IMG/VR virus record: IMGVR_UViG_3300042282_000085
DNA from: a virus
Taxonomy: Duplodnaviria; Caudoviricetes
Length of the DNA stretch: 64,000 nucleotides
Strand: one strand, 5' to 3'
Shown: in pieces, positions 50,556-59,504 of the stretch
Position numbering within the stretch: the first letter of the stretch is position 1
Layout: every line of letters starts with the position of its first letter
Translations under genes and position numbers: made by a program
Notes under the pieces: generated by a model
Databases searched by the model: none
The model's input: only the letters and a program-made list of their open reading frames with translations
What the model was told of the DNA's origin: nothing

Positions 50556-51257
50556 TCACTGCCTCACCATCAGTCTCTGCCACCGCGTATCGATCATGCC
50601 ATCCTTGTCCTGAACCAGCGTATTGCTAAACGACATTCCATTGAAGTAATCCGCCGGAACTGTCATAGGCTCCCATCCAGTATACCGCATGCCAACACAT
50701 TGGAAGCGAGGATCCTCGAACCCCTCTACAATGTAGAGTGTGTCAGGAATAGCGGTTTCACCCGGTTTAAGGGTAGGGGTATTCCCTTCACGCAAGGAGG
50801 CAATCAGTGGATCTTCAACGGCACCGGTCTCGCGGTTAATCACATCGATCGCTACGATGCGGGTTTCATCTGATTCCCGCGTGGGAATAAGGTGTACCTC
50901 AAAGCGTATGGCCTTAAAGCGGCGGCCTGCCGTCAGAATTTGAAGTCCCTGATAAAAGTTAGACCATGTCAAGCTGTCACGGGACAGTGCCTTAACCAGG
51001 TTCCCTTTAAGGGAGATGATATCTGACTTTGCATCCGGTCCCCGAGTCTTGAGTTGTTCCTCATACCAGTCCTTGACACAGCGGTCCCAATCTTCAGCAC
51101 CGATTGGCTTTATCCCATGGGGTCCAGAGCCCGCCACCATTAGGGTCTTGGCCCAGAGTTTTGCCAGAATGTCATTCGCCCTGGCAAAAGCGGCTCTAAG
51201 GTCATTGAGCTTAGGGCGCATAGGGGATGAGCGCGTTTTCTTCATAAAGGTCTCCAC
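50556..51257 (-). CDS. Hypothetical phiKZ-like protein
   Basis: LAKLW...GNL.K.L...LTW..F..GL. Confidence 0.6.
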   Translation of the reverse strand: METFMKKTRSSPMRPKLNDLRAAFARANDILAKLWAKTLMVAGSGPHGIKPIGAEDWDRCVKDWYEEQLKTRGPDAKSDIISLKGNLVKALSRDSLTWSNFYQGLQILTAGRRFKAIRFEVHLIPTRESDETRIVAIDVINRETGAVEDPLIASLREGNTPTLKPGETAIPDTLYIVEGFEDPRFQCVGMRYTGWEPMTVPADYFNGMSFSNTLVQDKDGMIDTRWQRLMVRQ

Positions 51258-51260
51258 TGA

Positions 51261-51788
51261 CTAAAGTGACAATAGCAAGTCCACCAGTGAACGGGTACCA
51301 CTTTCTAAGGGCGATAGCTTACGTTCTACATAGTGAGGCTGTATGTCCACTAAAGTCTTCAGCTCTAAAAGAAGGGCCTCCAACGAAGCCGTATATTTAC
51401 TAAAAAAGTCGTCCACTGACATACCCCGGCGGTGAGTAGACTCCACCAGCCACTGGTGTGCCGAGGCAACCCCTACTTTAGGGGCGATGCCAGTTTGAAC
51501 ATAATTAAGTACACCGTCCTCTTCGAGTGACCTGCGCATAGACGCTACTAGATCCAACATTACCGTGACATCGGCTATGGTAGATTCAACCTGTAGGGTT
51601 CTTAATATTGCACGGTCTGAGGCACGGTGGCGTAAGCTATATAAAAGTGTAACGTAGGTTGCCAGCCTGTCGTAGTGTGTGGCGTTACGATCCTCCAATT
51701 TAAATAAGGTAAATTCCATGCACAGGCGTCGTAACCCATGCAGTAACTGTTTGACCATTCTGCCTCCTATGGCGCCTATAAGGGTCAC
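51261..51788 (-). CDS. Hypothetical protein (start probably MVKQ at 51758)
   Basis: GGAGG SD upstream of 51758. Confidence 0.6.
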   Translation of the reverse strand: MTLIGAIGGRMVKQLLHGLRRLCMEFTLFKLEDRNATHYDRLATYVTLLYSLRHRASDRAILRTLQVESTIADVTVMLDLVASMRRSLEEDGVLNYVQTGIAPKVGVASAHQWLVESTHRRGMSVDDFFSKYTASLEALLLELKTLVDIQPHYVERKLSPLESGTRSLVDLLLSL

Positions 51789-51808
51789 AGTACACTCAAT
51801 ACATCAAG

Positions 51809-51818
51809 GTAATATAGG
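51809..51818 (-). promoter_or_regulatory. Early promoter CCTATATTAC
   Basis: Exact motif, intergenic. Confidence 0.75.
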
Positions 51819-51889
51819 TTTTGCATTCACACGATTGGACTGCACGGTATGATTGTATGACTTTCACCTGCCTTTATTAGGGGTATACC

Positions 51890-52273
51890 ATGAGCAGTCC
51901 ATTAGACACCACCCCTGCATCAGTGTTAAGGCTTGTGCAGGAAAGACGTTTAGCGTTAATCAACGGCAAAGCAGAAGAGATTGATAAAAACCAGGTACAG
52001 GTTTTACGGGACTTGGCTAAAACCAGTATCGATGAGCTGCGGGTTAATGTCGAAGCAGAAGGGCTAGAGTTGGAACGTGAGATGGCGCAAGCCTTTACCC
52101 GTATTGCGGCTAAGGTTACGACCAACCCCTACTTACAAGGGGAAGTGGTTGACCGTCCTGACGTTACGCTCACGCACGATGACATTCCACCCGTTACACT
52201 TGTAGAGGGGGAAACGGCTACTGATCCATCTGATCTGGATTTCAAAACCTTTACTGATACAACCCGCATGTAG
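51890..52273 (+). CDS. Hypothetical protein
   Basis: 127 aa, followed by hairpin CCCACTGACCC..GGGTCAGTGGG. Confidence 0.65.
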   Translation: MSSPLDTTPASVLRLVQERRLALINGKAEEIDKNQVQVLRDLAKTSIDELRVNVEAEGLELEREMAQAFTRIAAKVTTNPYLQGEVVDRPDVTLTHDDIPPVTLVEGETATDPSDLDFKTFTDTTRM

Positions 52274-52289
52274 TGAGTCCCACTGACCC

Positions 52290-53006
52290 TCAGGGGTCAG
52301 TGGGCTCTATATCGTCAGGCAACATAAGGCTAAAGTAACGCAGGGGCATCAACTCAAATACCGCCAACTCGGCAAAGAGCATTCTAAAGGCATTGCCGAT
52401 AAAGGTTTGAGGCGGTACCTCACCGCTACACTGTAAGATCTCCGGTGCGTAGAAGTCCAACTTCGGCATAGGGTTTTCGGTTAAAGCTTCACCGTGTAGC
52501 GTGAACCATTCATCCAGGTCATGCCAGATGAAGGTGTTGTACTGTGCAAGCGTGGTTGGAGTGAGCCAGTCGACTGACGTACTGGTTAGGCGAACATCGT
52601 CGATCTGTGTGACGGAGCGTAAGATATCACAATAAAGCGATTGCTCTTCGTCCGTAAGGCGATACGGGTGCGTATTAACAATCAATCTAAGGGTTACGAT
52701 ATCCGGCTTAATGGCATCCTTGCTCCGATACCGCTGCTGGATGTCGTACAGTAGAGGTACGACAAGGGTAGCCATGGAGAGCTTAAGGGTCTCAATGTCA
52801 CGGTCTTTCCACAGCCGTTTAAAGGCATCCGGATTGATCCGATCATCGAGCAGCCAAAGCTCATTCGTACGTCGACTATGGTACCGGTCGTCTTTCAGGA
52901 TATCCGCGGCTACCGATTGATCTATGCGAGCCACCGTACCCATGCGGGTATCGAGAAGGCTATCCATAGACGCATAGACGGTGTGATACTCCTTGTCTGA
53001 AACCAT
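52290..53006 (-). CDS. Conserved phiKZ-like protein (HAD-like N-terminus)
   Basis: VYASMDSLLDTRMGT, VNTHPY.L; adjacent to vRNAP beta-C. Confidence 0.6.
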   Translation of the reverse strand: MVSDKEYHTVYASMDSLLDTRMGTVARIDQSVAADILKDDRYHSRRTNELWLLDDRINPDAFKRLWKDRDIETLKLSMATLVVPLLYDIQQRYRSKDAIKPDIVTLRLIVNTHPYRLTDEEQSLYCDILRSVTQIDDVRLTSTSVDWLTPTTLAQYNTFIWHDLDEWFTLHGEALTENPMPKLDFYAPEILQCSGEVPPQTFIGNAFRMLFAELAVFELMPLRYFSLMLPDDIEPTDP

Positions 53007-53680
53007 TACTGCTCCCCAATCGTGTTATCCAGGTGTACTGACAATAGTAATGCGCGTAGCGTTTTAATTGCAGTAGGTTTGCTGCCTAAGGCTTCGATCG
53101 CTTTAACGTTAAAGGTACCGGATTCCCGAATAGCTTCCTTCATAGCGGCTAAGGCTACATCATCACCGCCTCGTACTTTAATCAGCTCCAGTAGACTGGT
53201 TTCCAAGCCTTTAGACTCGATCACCAATAACTCAGGCAGTGAGATCTTCCCGCCCTTAGAGTCGCCGGTTACCTGGCCAGAGAGATGGTCAACAACCCGG
53301 TCATCCTCAGGAATCGACTGCTTCTTAATCAGGTGCTGTGACTGACGGCGCATGGCCACATCCAGCACCATGTACGATAATGGCGTGGTGTATTCCTCAC
53401 CCGTCTCGGGGTCAGTTAAGACGAGTTGTTCAAAGAACTTTGCGCCTAACTCTTCGCCAACTTTAACGGTGCGGTTAATGTCAAGTTTGATGTCATTGGC
53501 ATTGGGGATAATGAGGTGGATGGTTTCACGTCCACTATCCAGCGCATCAATCCAGCGTTCAAACTCAGCGTCTGACATGGATTTAAATAATGCGGTGTAC
53601 AGGGCTGCGTTTACGTCACCGCCCTCTAATTCCTTTAGATATTTAATTACAGCGGCTTCTGCTGCTTTACGGTTAGCCAT
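53006..53680 (-). CDS. vRNAP beta C-terminal subunit (phiKZ gp149-like)
   Basis: RRQSQ...KK, GQVTGDSKGGKISLPE, RGGD. Confidence 0.85.
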   Translation of the reverse strand: MANRKAAEAAVIKYLKELEGGDVNAALYTALFKSMSDAEFERWIDALDSGRETIHLIIPNANDIKLDINRTVKVGEELGAKFFEQLVLTDPETGEEYTTPLSYMVLDVAMRRQSQHLIKKQSIPEDDRVVDHLSGQVTGDSKGGKISLPELLVIESKGLETSLLELIKVRGGDDVALAAMKEAIRESGTFNVKAIEALGSKPTAIKTLRALLLSVHLDNTIGEQ

Positions 53681-53725
53681 ACTAGACCTCTAGATAGGTG
53701 GGTTCTATAGAATCCAGTCACCCCA

Positions 53726-54061
53726 CTACCCATACTGGTACCGCTCCATCGGGTACACGGTCTGTGTGGTATCCGGTAGGTTATAGTCCACGATCAGGGG
53801 TATGATCAAATGCTTGAACTGAGCCATGAATTCAGGTAACGTATTGCACCGTAACAGGGCCAAGGCAGTGAGATCTACCGGGTAGCCTCGGCTGGCCAGT
53901 TGGTCCAGCCAATAGTTGGTTGCCCATCGAATTTGGTTAGCTGCAGGTACTCGGTTTAGATTGGGGAGGTTAGCCGAGACGTGTTCTAAGAACCGCTCGG
54001 CATTATCACCATCGACCTCAATCATAATCTCGTAGTGCATGCCGTTGATGATATTTGACAT
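53726..54061 (-). CDS. Hypothetical protein
   Basis: 111 aa, AAGGTG SD. Confidence 0.6.
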   Translation of the reverse strand: MSNIINGMHYEIMIEVDGDNAERFLEHVSANLPNLNRVPAANQIRWATNYWLDQLASRGYPVDLTALALLRCNTLPEFMAQFKHLIIPLIVDYNLPDTTQTVYPMERYQYG

Positions 54062-54071
54062 GTGTCACCTT

Positions 54072-55484
54072 TTATGTCTTTTTAGGGTACCACCAGGGTA
54101 CATACTGACCTGCCCGCATACGGAGTAGGTCCATTGTTGAGAGGAAAGGTTTCTCTTTTGATTCATCGCATTCAAAGACCCAGTAGTCGCGGGTATCTAG
54201 CAGAATATCCCAATCATACCCGAGCTCTTTAATGTCCTTATAGAGGACGTCTGGTGTGACATGGAGTGCAGGGTCAATGTCGGACCAATAGAGCTCCATC
54301 TGACGCAGCTGTGTAACAATCTCCAATGCCCGACACAGTTTCGGATCTTCATCGATCTTGCTACGGATTGTAGTGCGGGACAATGTCACCTCAGGATAGA
54401 TATCCAGTACGTACGTGGTATTGTTGCCGCTGAAGCCGTAATTCTGACCCTTCAGGAAATGGAAGTTAGTCAGATGGGGGAGTAAGCCTTCAGACTGTGA
54501 AATGACCAGCTCGAACTTAATGCCCGAGGGGCCATTTTTGTTACGGGTGTTGACCATGTGTACCACAGTCAGATCCGAGGTACCGGCGATACGGTCAGAG
54601 TCTGACTTCGGATATCGAGCAGACTTATCTGCACTCGAGTTGTACAATACCTTCGCATCGAAGATCTCGAACAGGTTATTGTTAATGAACGAGAACTTCT
54701 CCGGTACACCTTTGGTCTTAGTGCCACTGCGAGAGTGGGTCAGTTTAGGGGCCTTAGGGGCATAGGGGTCCATCTCTATACCCATGCCAATGTGAGCCAC
54801 CAGGAAGAAGTAAAGACCACCTTGTACCCCCATGTTAGGGAGCTGTGTGATAAGCTGTGTCTTAGCGGCACCGTCCTTCATGAACTGAGTGTTTGCCCCA
54901 GACTCACCGACTGCATTCTTGTCGACTAACTTATCCTGTACCGCTGACACCTTAAACTCAGTCAGACTGTCAATATTAACCAGCATCGGTGGTAGAATAG
55001 CAATCTGTTTACCCGAATCGTCATAAAAGGGTGTACCGATCTCCAGCTTCTTACTGGCCTTAGCGCGCTCACGAGACCCTTCTTTGATTAACTCAAAGTA
55101 GTCGTCACCCAGAATATCAGCGGACTGGGTAAGGCGCAGCTTGTTAGCCCCCTCAGCACTGGAGAAGTCCATGTCTTTAAGCTGCCAGTGTCGATTGGCG
55201 GCGCGGTTCAACCGCTTGTAGGTCATGGAGTTTTCAGTATCGTACGCGGCCCCTTGAGAGGGGCTGTAACGGGCCATGACCGTAAAGAAAAGGTAATTAA
55301 GTATCTCAGACTTAAAGGTATTACCTGGTCCTGCAATGGAGTTAACCGTGGAAACCCCTGCATTGAGGATGGACTCGCCATGTTGACCCAATACGTAGTT
55401 TCCAGTCGGTATATCAAACACAGACCCTACGTTTAGATGGGGGCGTAATTTAGGAGCCTGTGGCAATGAATCAAAAAATCCCAT
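54072..55484 (-). CDS. uvsX: RecA/UvsX-like recombinase (phiKZ gp152-like)
   Basis: GPGNTFKS, YDTE, IDSLT, RNKNGPSG. Confidence 0.85.
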   Translation of the reverse strand: MGFFDSLPQAPKLRPHLNVGSVFDIPTGNYVLGQHGESILNAGVSTVNSIAGPGNTFKSEILNYLFFTVMARYSPSQGAAYDTENSMTYKRLNRAANRHWQLKDMDFSSAEGANKLRLTQSADILGDDYFELIKEGSRERAKASKKLEIGTPFYDDSGKQIAILPPMLVNIDSLTEFKVSAVQDKLVDKNAVGESGANTQFMKDGAAKTQLITQLPNMGVQGGLYFFLVAHIGMGIEMDPYAPKAPKLTHSRSGTKTKGVPEKFSFINNNLFEIFDAKVLYNSSADKSARYPKSDSDRIAGTSDLTVVHMVNTRNKNGPSGIKFELVISQSEGLLPHLTNFHFLKGQNYGFSGNNTTYVLDIYPEVTLSRTTIRSKIDEDPKLCRALEIVTQLRQMELYWSDIDPALHVTPDVLYKDIKELGYDWDILLDTRDYWVFECDESKEKPFLSTMDLLRMRAGQYVPWWYPKKT

Positions 55485-55544
55485 TATCGTAATCCTTTCA
55501 GAGTGTCCTGTAGTAAACTATACCATCAAGAGGGACGGTTAGTT

Positions 55545-55937
55545 TTAACTGCAGTATTTCTTTGCGCGGTTAAACTCCATAAACGTCTGATTGGGAATCG
55601 CCGTAACAAATGTAACACCCTTGTGAAAACTAACCACGATAGCGACACCTTCATACATGTAAGTACCGTTACGACCACCAATTAGAACATCAATCCCCCC
55701 GCCCATCGCCAATTCCCCTTCTTCAAGCTTCACGTGCGGCATGGGTGTTCCTGGAACAATAATAGCTCCATCCGGATGTCCCACTGACACTATGTGTAGC
55801 GTGTTACGTTCTAGGTCTAACACGCAGTTTGTCTTCACTGGTGGCCCGAGTGTAATCTTTTCACCTGCTGGATGTTCCAAGAAACGCTTGACTTGGTCAC
55901 TGGTACCACGGCGTAGTTTAATTTTAAAGTCAGCCAT
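55545..55937 (-). CDS. Hypothetical protein with IKLRRGT...GELA motif
   Basis: Motif resembles Mtd/hyaluronidase-type fibre N-terminal domain. Confidence 0.5.
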   Translation of the reverse strand: MADFKIKLRRGTSDQVKRFLEHPAGEKITLGPPVKTNCVLDLERNTLHIVSVGHPDGAIIVPGTPMPHVKLEEGELAMGGGIDVLIGGRNGTYMYEGVAIVVSFHKGVTFVTAIPNQTFMEFNRAKKYCS

Positions 55938-56181
55938 GCTCGGATTCCTCTAATTCATTGTCGTCCCAACCTACGTTAACAACTGGCACATCAACCCACA
56001 TTATGCCGTCGTGAACACCATCATTATACCGCTGTGCAACTTGGAGCGTCTCACGTCCATCTGGTTTACGTGCAAGTCGTAATGCTTTTGGGACAATACC
56101 CACACTACGCGCAGATTTGCACTCTCCAACCGTATTTGCCTGGAGACTGTCGCGCATTTCATCTACTCGGTTAATTCCCAT
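55930..56181 (-). CDS. Hypothetical protein
   Basis: 83 aa, AGGAG SD. Confidence 0.55.
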   Translation of the reverse strand: MGINRVDEMRDSLQANTVGECKSARSVGIVPKALRLARKPDGRETLQVAQRYNDGVHDGIMWVDVPVVNVGWDDNELEESEHG

Positions 56182-56320
56182 TGCTTTCTCCTGTTGTAAT
56201 ACAGGATCGCAGTGTCATGTTATTGTAAATTTACACACATAGTACGGTTACTGCCTAAATCGTATGTCCATTGATTATTAGGGCATTCGCCCCTAACCCT
56301 CTGCCGAGATCGGAGTTTTT

Positions 56321-57157
56321 ATGAGCAACTTACTATTAGTATCCCTTCTAGAAGACCAACAGGCTGAGGCTGAACTCCAGTCAGTTGGTATTGAAGGGTT
56401 CACCCATTTGTTTGATTACCTGTCTGAGGTAGGCAATTTACTCTCGGGTCACTTTGGTGACATACTGAAGAAATTGGAACCGATCAATGCAGGCAGTGCC
56501 TTTAGTCGTAACCTGGTGAAGTTGATGGGTGAGATTCCCTACGACGTCGTCAGTAAGATTACCGTCTACCATCCCGTGGGTCTGTCGGAGTACATGGTGC
56601 CGTTTATCGTACACATGAACCGTTCACTGGAGATGTTGGATAAAATCGATGAGCGCCTGTATACGCCGCTCTCAACCTACATGGGTGAGCTATTGAGTCA
56701 GCCCGACAGTGCGGATAAGCTGTGGGTCGCCCGGGATCTGAAGCCAGTGGACATTGAATCAACGAAGGCAACCTTCGAGTCGTTCTTTGACCCACGCATT
56801 AAAGCACGTAGTACAACACTGACGGCTCCCTTTGAGAAACTATACCGCACCAATAGTGATTTTCTGGAAGCCGGCAAGCAGTTGAAACTGCTGATCGAAC
56901 GCATTAACGGCATTGACTTTAACCGTATCCGTAAAGCGGAAAAGACGCTGTCTGATCGCATTAAAGCCTACGCCGATTACGTACAGAAAAACGAAGACGC
57001 TGCGATTCGTAACAAACAGTCTCTGCGTAAGCTGGCGGATACGGTTCGCTCTATTGCAAATGAAACTGAATATTTCGCTTTGATGGTCTACACGGCTAAA
57101 ACGGTGCAGGTTGCCGTTTCAGATTCTGCTGAACGCCTTGAGAAGGCCTTAAAATAA
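56321..57157 (+). CDS. Virion head protein
   Basis: Acidic propeptide with a G-I-E protease-type site; biased codons. Confidence 0.65.
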   Translation: MSNLLLVSLLEDQQAEAELQSVGIEGFTHLFDYLSEVGNLLSGHFGDILKKLEPINAGSAFSRNLVKLMGEIPYDVVSKITVYHPVGLSEYMVPFIVHMNRSLEMLDKIDERLYTPLSTYMGELLSQPDSADKLWVARDLKPVDIESTKATFESFFDPRIKARSTTLTAPFEKLYRTNSDFLEAGKQLKLLIERINGIDFNRIRKAEKTLSDRIKAYADYVQKNEDAAIRNKQSLRKLADTVRSIANETEYFALMVYTAKTVQVAVSDSAERLEKALK

Positions 57158-57168
57158 AGGAAAGAGAT

Positions 57169-58326
57169 ATGTACCCTACTGTATCTGGAAATACACTCGA
57201 TAGTGTAGCCGTGGAACAATTGTTCAATCTGGCTAATGGGTTAAGTAATATCATAGTCACATACGGTGACGAGTCCAAAGCACTACCGGTTGCTTGCGCC
57301 TGTGCCAGCGGCATCATTAAGGGCGTTGGGCTGGAAAGCGGTGAAATTGTTTCCATGGAAGGCATTGTGGATTGGTTGAAGAAGACCTACAATGCGATTA
57401 AAAACAAAATCAGTGACGCAATGGATGCCGTATCGGCTAAACTGTCAAAACTGTCCAGCGACGTTAAGATGCATAGTAAGGAATTTGACCTTGCGGTTAA
57501 GCAGTTTGATCGGGTGAAGGATAAAAAGGACGGACCGAAAACTGTAACCGTGGGCCCTACAATCTGGACACTTCTGATTGGTGAGAAGCTGCCTTCCGAT
57601 CTTGCGCGTGAGTTTAAACGCCTGTACGATGAGGCGCCCGACACCGGTGCCGCCAGTAAACTTATCGAGACACTGGTGGACGGAAGCACTGCGAAGAAAC
57701 TGCACGATGGATACAGGAAGGGCGGACTCGGCGACGCCGTGGGTGAACTGCAGGAGCTGAGTGACTCGACGCAAGAGGCGGTTGAGAAAACCACTCTGAA
57801 AAATACTAAACCCGTCAAACAATCGGACACAAATTTCAAAGGTAAGATCGAGGGTAAGCTCGTTGCAACGGACTATTACCTGGGTAATTGGCGTGCTATA
57901 TTTGAATTGCCTGCCGATAAAAAGGACATTGGTAGTACCCAGTGGGGCACGCAAAACATGCCAGGCACGGCCGGCAAGGATCGCTCTGAGTTAGAAACAC
58001 CGACTCTAACCGCTGGGGAAGTGGCTAACGCCGTTGGTGCACTGAAACCTATCTTTACCCAGTTGGCCGATAGCGAGAAAACCATCCGGGCACTTACAAA
58101 GGGATACAATACTCTTGTTAGTGCTGCAAATGAGATTGGCAGTTTTGCATCCTGGAGGGGGGAAAGCAAAGAGTGGTTTGACGCCTATAATAACCTTATC
58201 CGATACCAGCTAGACGTACTTAACATGATCGGTAGTCTGTATGCCGTCTATGGTAACCGAACATTGAATTCTGTCGCTACTTATACCCGGTACGTTAAAG
58301 CCTCTACCAAGGCTTTAGAAGGGTAA
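57169..58326 (+). CDS. Internal head protein (phiKZ inner-body-type paralog family)
   Basis: GLES and SMEG S/A/G-x-E sites followed by IVDWLKK amphipathic helix. Confidence 0.75.
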   Translation: MYPTVSGNTLDSVAVEQLFNLANGLSNIIVTYGDESKALPVACACASGIIKGVGLESGEIVSMEGIVDWLKKTYNAIKNKISDAMDAVSAKLSKLSSDVKMHSKEFDLAVKQFDRVKDKKDGPKTVTVGPTIWTLLIGEKLPSDLAREFKRLYDEAPDTGAASKLIETLVDGSTAKKLHDGYRKGGLGDAVGELQELSDSTQEAVEKTTLKNTKPVKQSDTNFKGKIEGKLVATDYYLGNWRAIFELPADKKDIGSTQWGTQNMPGTAGKDRSELETPTLTAGEVANAVGALKPIFTQLADSEKTIRALTKGYNTLVSAANEIGSFASWRGESKEWFDAYNNLIRYQLDVLNMIGSLYAVYGNRTLNSVATYTRYVKASTKALEG

Positions 58327-58328
58327 AG

Positions 58329-58377
58329 AAAAAAAAGAATACTACACTCCACCGGGTAATCCCGGTGGAGTGTATGC
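58329..58377. terminator. Bidirectional hairpin: U-tract on minus strand, TATGC on plus strand
   Basis: TACACTCCACCGGG-TAAT-CCCGGTGGAGTGTA; A8 at 58329-58336. Confidence 0.8.
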
Positions 58378-58659
58378 TTATTTTGGCAACGATCCAAGTC
58401 TTAGGGTGTAAGGGTTGACAGTGTAGCCTTGGCGTTTTAGATACCCTAAAATACACATCTTAAGGTTATACTCCTCATTACGAGGATGGTAGGTCAGACG
58501 GTACTTACCCGTATACTGTTCTGTACCTACACAATAGTCATCAAATCTCTGGACGATTGTGTGGGTTCTAGAATGGGGTGCCTCGTAGAAGAATACGATC
58601 GTAGTGCCTGGTACCATATGCTCTTCTAGCTCAAAGTGATATACAGTAGTCATGCACAC
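58378..58659 (-). CDS. Hypothetical protein
   Basis: Coupled to the upstream kinase-like gene. Confidence 0.55.
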   Translation of the reverse strand: MCMTTVYHFELEEHMVPGTTIVFFYEAPHSRTHTIVQRFDDYCVGTEQYTGKYRLTYHPRNEEYNLKMCILGYLKRQGYTVNPYTLRLGSLPK

Positions 58660-59099
58660 ACCTGCTCCGCTAAGGCCACTACCCCATCTACGACATCTGG
58701 CGTAATCTCCCGACCCACCAGGATTCCATTAGGGTAATCCTCCCAGCGTTCGCGCATGTGGGCTATAGCGTCTTCCGGAACCCCATGTACGTTATCGTAA
58801 TCGCCCGTGCACTGTACCACCGCATAGGGGTGACCCATTGCCATGTACGCTTCCATCTCCCACAGACGGGTAAAGGTATTAGACACCACTACCGACTTAC
58901 CTTCCTCCAAGGCAGACTGCACGGCTTCTTGACACCACGCGTGGGCATCCTTAATGCGGGTACCGTCATACTCGTATTCACCCGACTCCGTTATAAAGTA
59001 CTGGTCGGCCTCTACATGTTTAAAGCCAAAGCGCTGCTTTAATGCGGTGGCCAGGGTACTCTTACCCGAACCCGGTAATCCACGTACAATAATGAGCAT
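58650..59099 (-). CDS. AAA_33 / polynucleotide-kinase-like P-loop protein
   Basis: RGLPGSGKST, EADQYF, AHAWCQ, VVSNT, NVHGVP. Confidence 0.85.
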   Translation of the reverse strand: MLIIVRGLPGSGKSTLATALKQRFGFKHVEADQYFITESGEYEYDGTRIKDAHAWCQEAVQSALEEGKSVVVSNTFTRLWEMEAYMAMGHPYAVVQCTGDYDNVHGVPEDAIAHMRERWEDYPNGILVGREITPDVVDGVVALAEQVCA

Positions 59100-59134
59100 C
59101 TGTAATCTCCATCATAGGGTATATATCTACAACT

Positions 59135-59144
59135 GTAATATAGG
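59135..59144 (-). promoter_or_regulatory. Early promoter CCTATATTAC
   Basis: Exact motif, intergenic. Confidence 0.75.
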
Positions 59145-59145
59145 T

Positions 59146-59493
59146 CTACATCTCAAGTAAACGGGCTACCTTGTTACGCATCTTACGACGCCATACAATC
59201 GGCATCCCCTTACCGTATCCTTCAAATACCTCTATTAGTTTAAAGAACTTGCCTCGGTGTGGCTCACCATAACAAACATAAATATAATCGACCCACCCAG
59301 GGCCCTGCCGAAGACTAAGCCGTTCTCTTATTATTTTAACCGCATCCTCATCTAACTCTACTACGGACATTCCATCAAAGGTACGGTAGTCTGGCTCATA
59401 TAGCTTAACCATCTCTGTAGCCCTACAACTCAATGACATACAAACCGGCTGTCTCCAGGGAATCCCCCTGGAGACACGGGTCAGCAGACCCAC
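59146..59493 (-). CDS. Hypothetical protein
   Basis: Fills gap after RNase H; start uncertain. Confidence 0.5.
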   Translation of the reverse strand: MGLLTRVSRGIPWRQPVCMSLSCRATEMVKLYEPDYRTFDGMSVVELDEDAVKIIRERLSLRQGPGWVDYIYVCYGEPHRGKFFKLIEVFEGYGKGMPIVWRRKMRNKVARLLEM

Positions 59494-59504
59494 CGGTAGT
59501 GTGA

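Noticed and set aside
8889-55484. Inteins in terminase, SbcC or UvsX; alternative genetic code
   Set aside because: No intein splice motifs or excess length seen; conserved genes read intact in the standard code.
48161-58374. Near-identical CCACCGGG-TAAT-CCCGGTGG hairpins as a mobile repeat or CRISPR
   Set aside because: Only two copies 10 kb apart, both at convergent gene ends; consistent with terminators.
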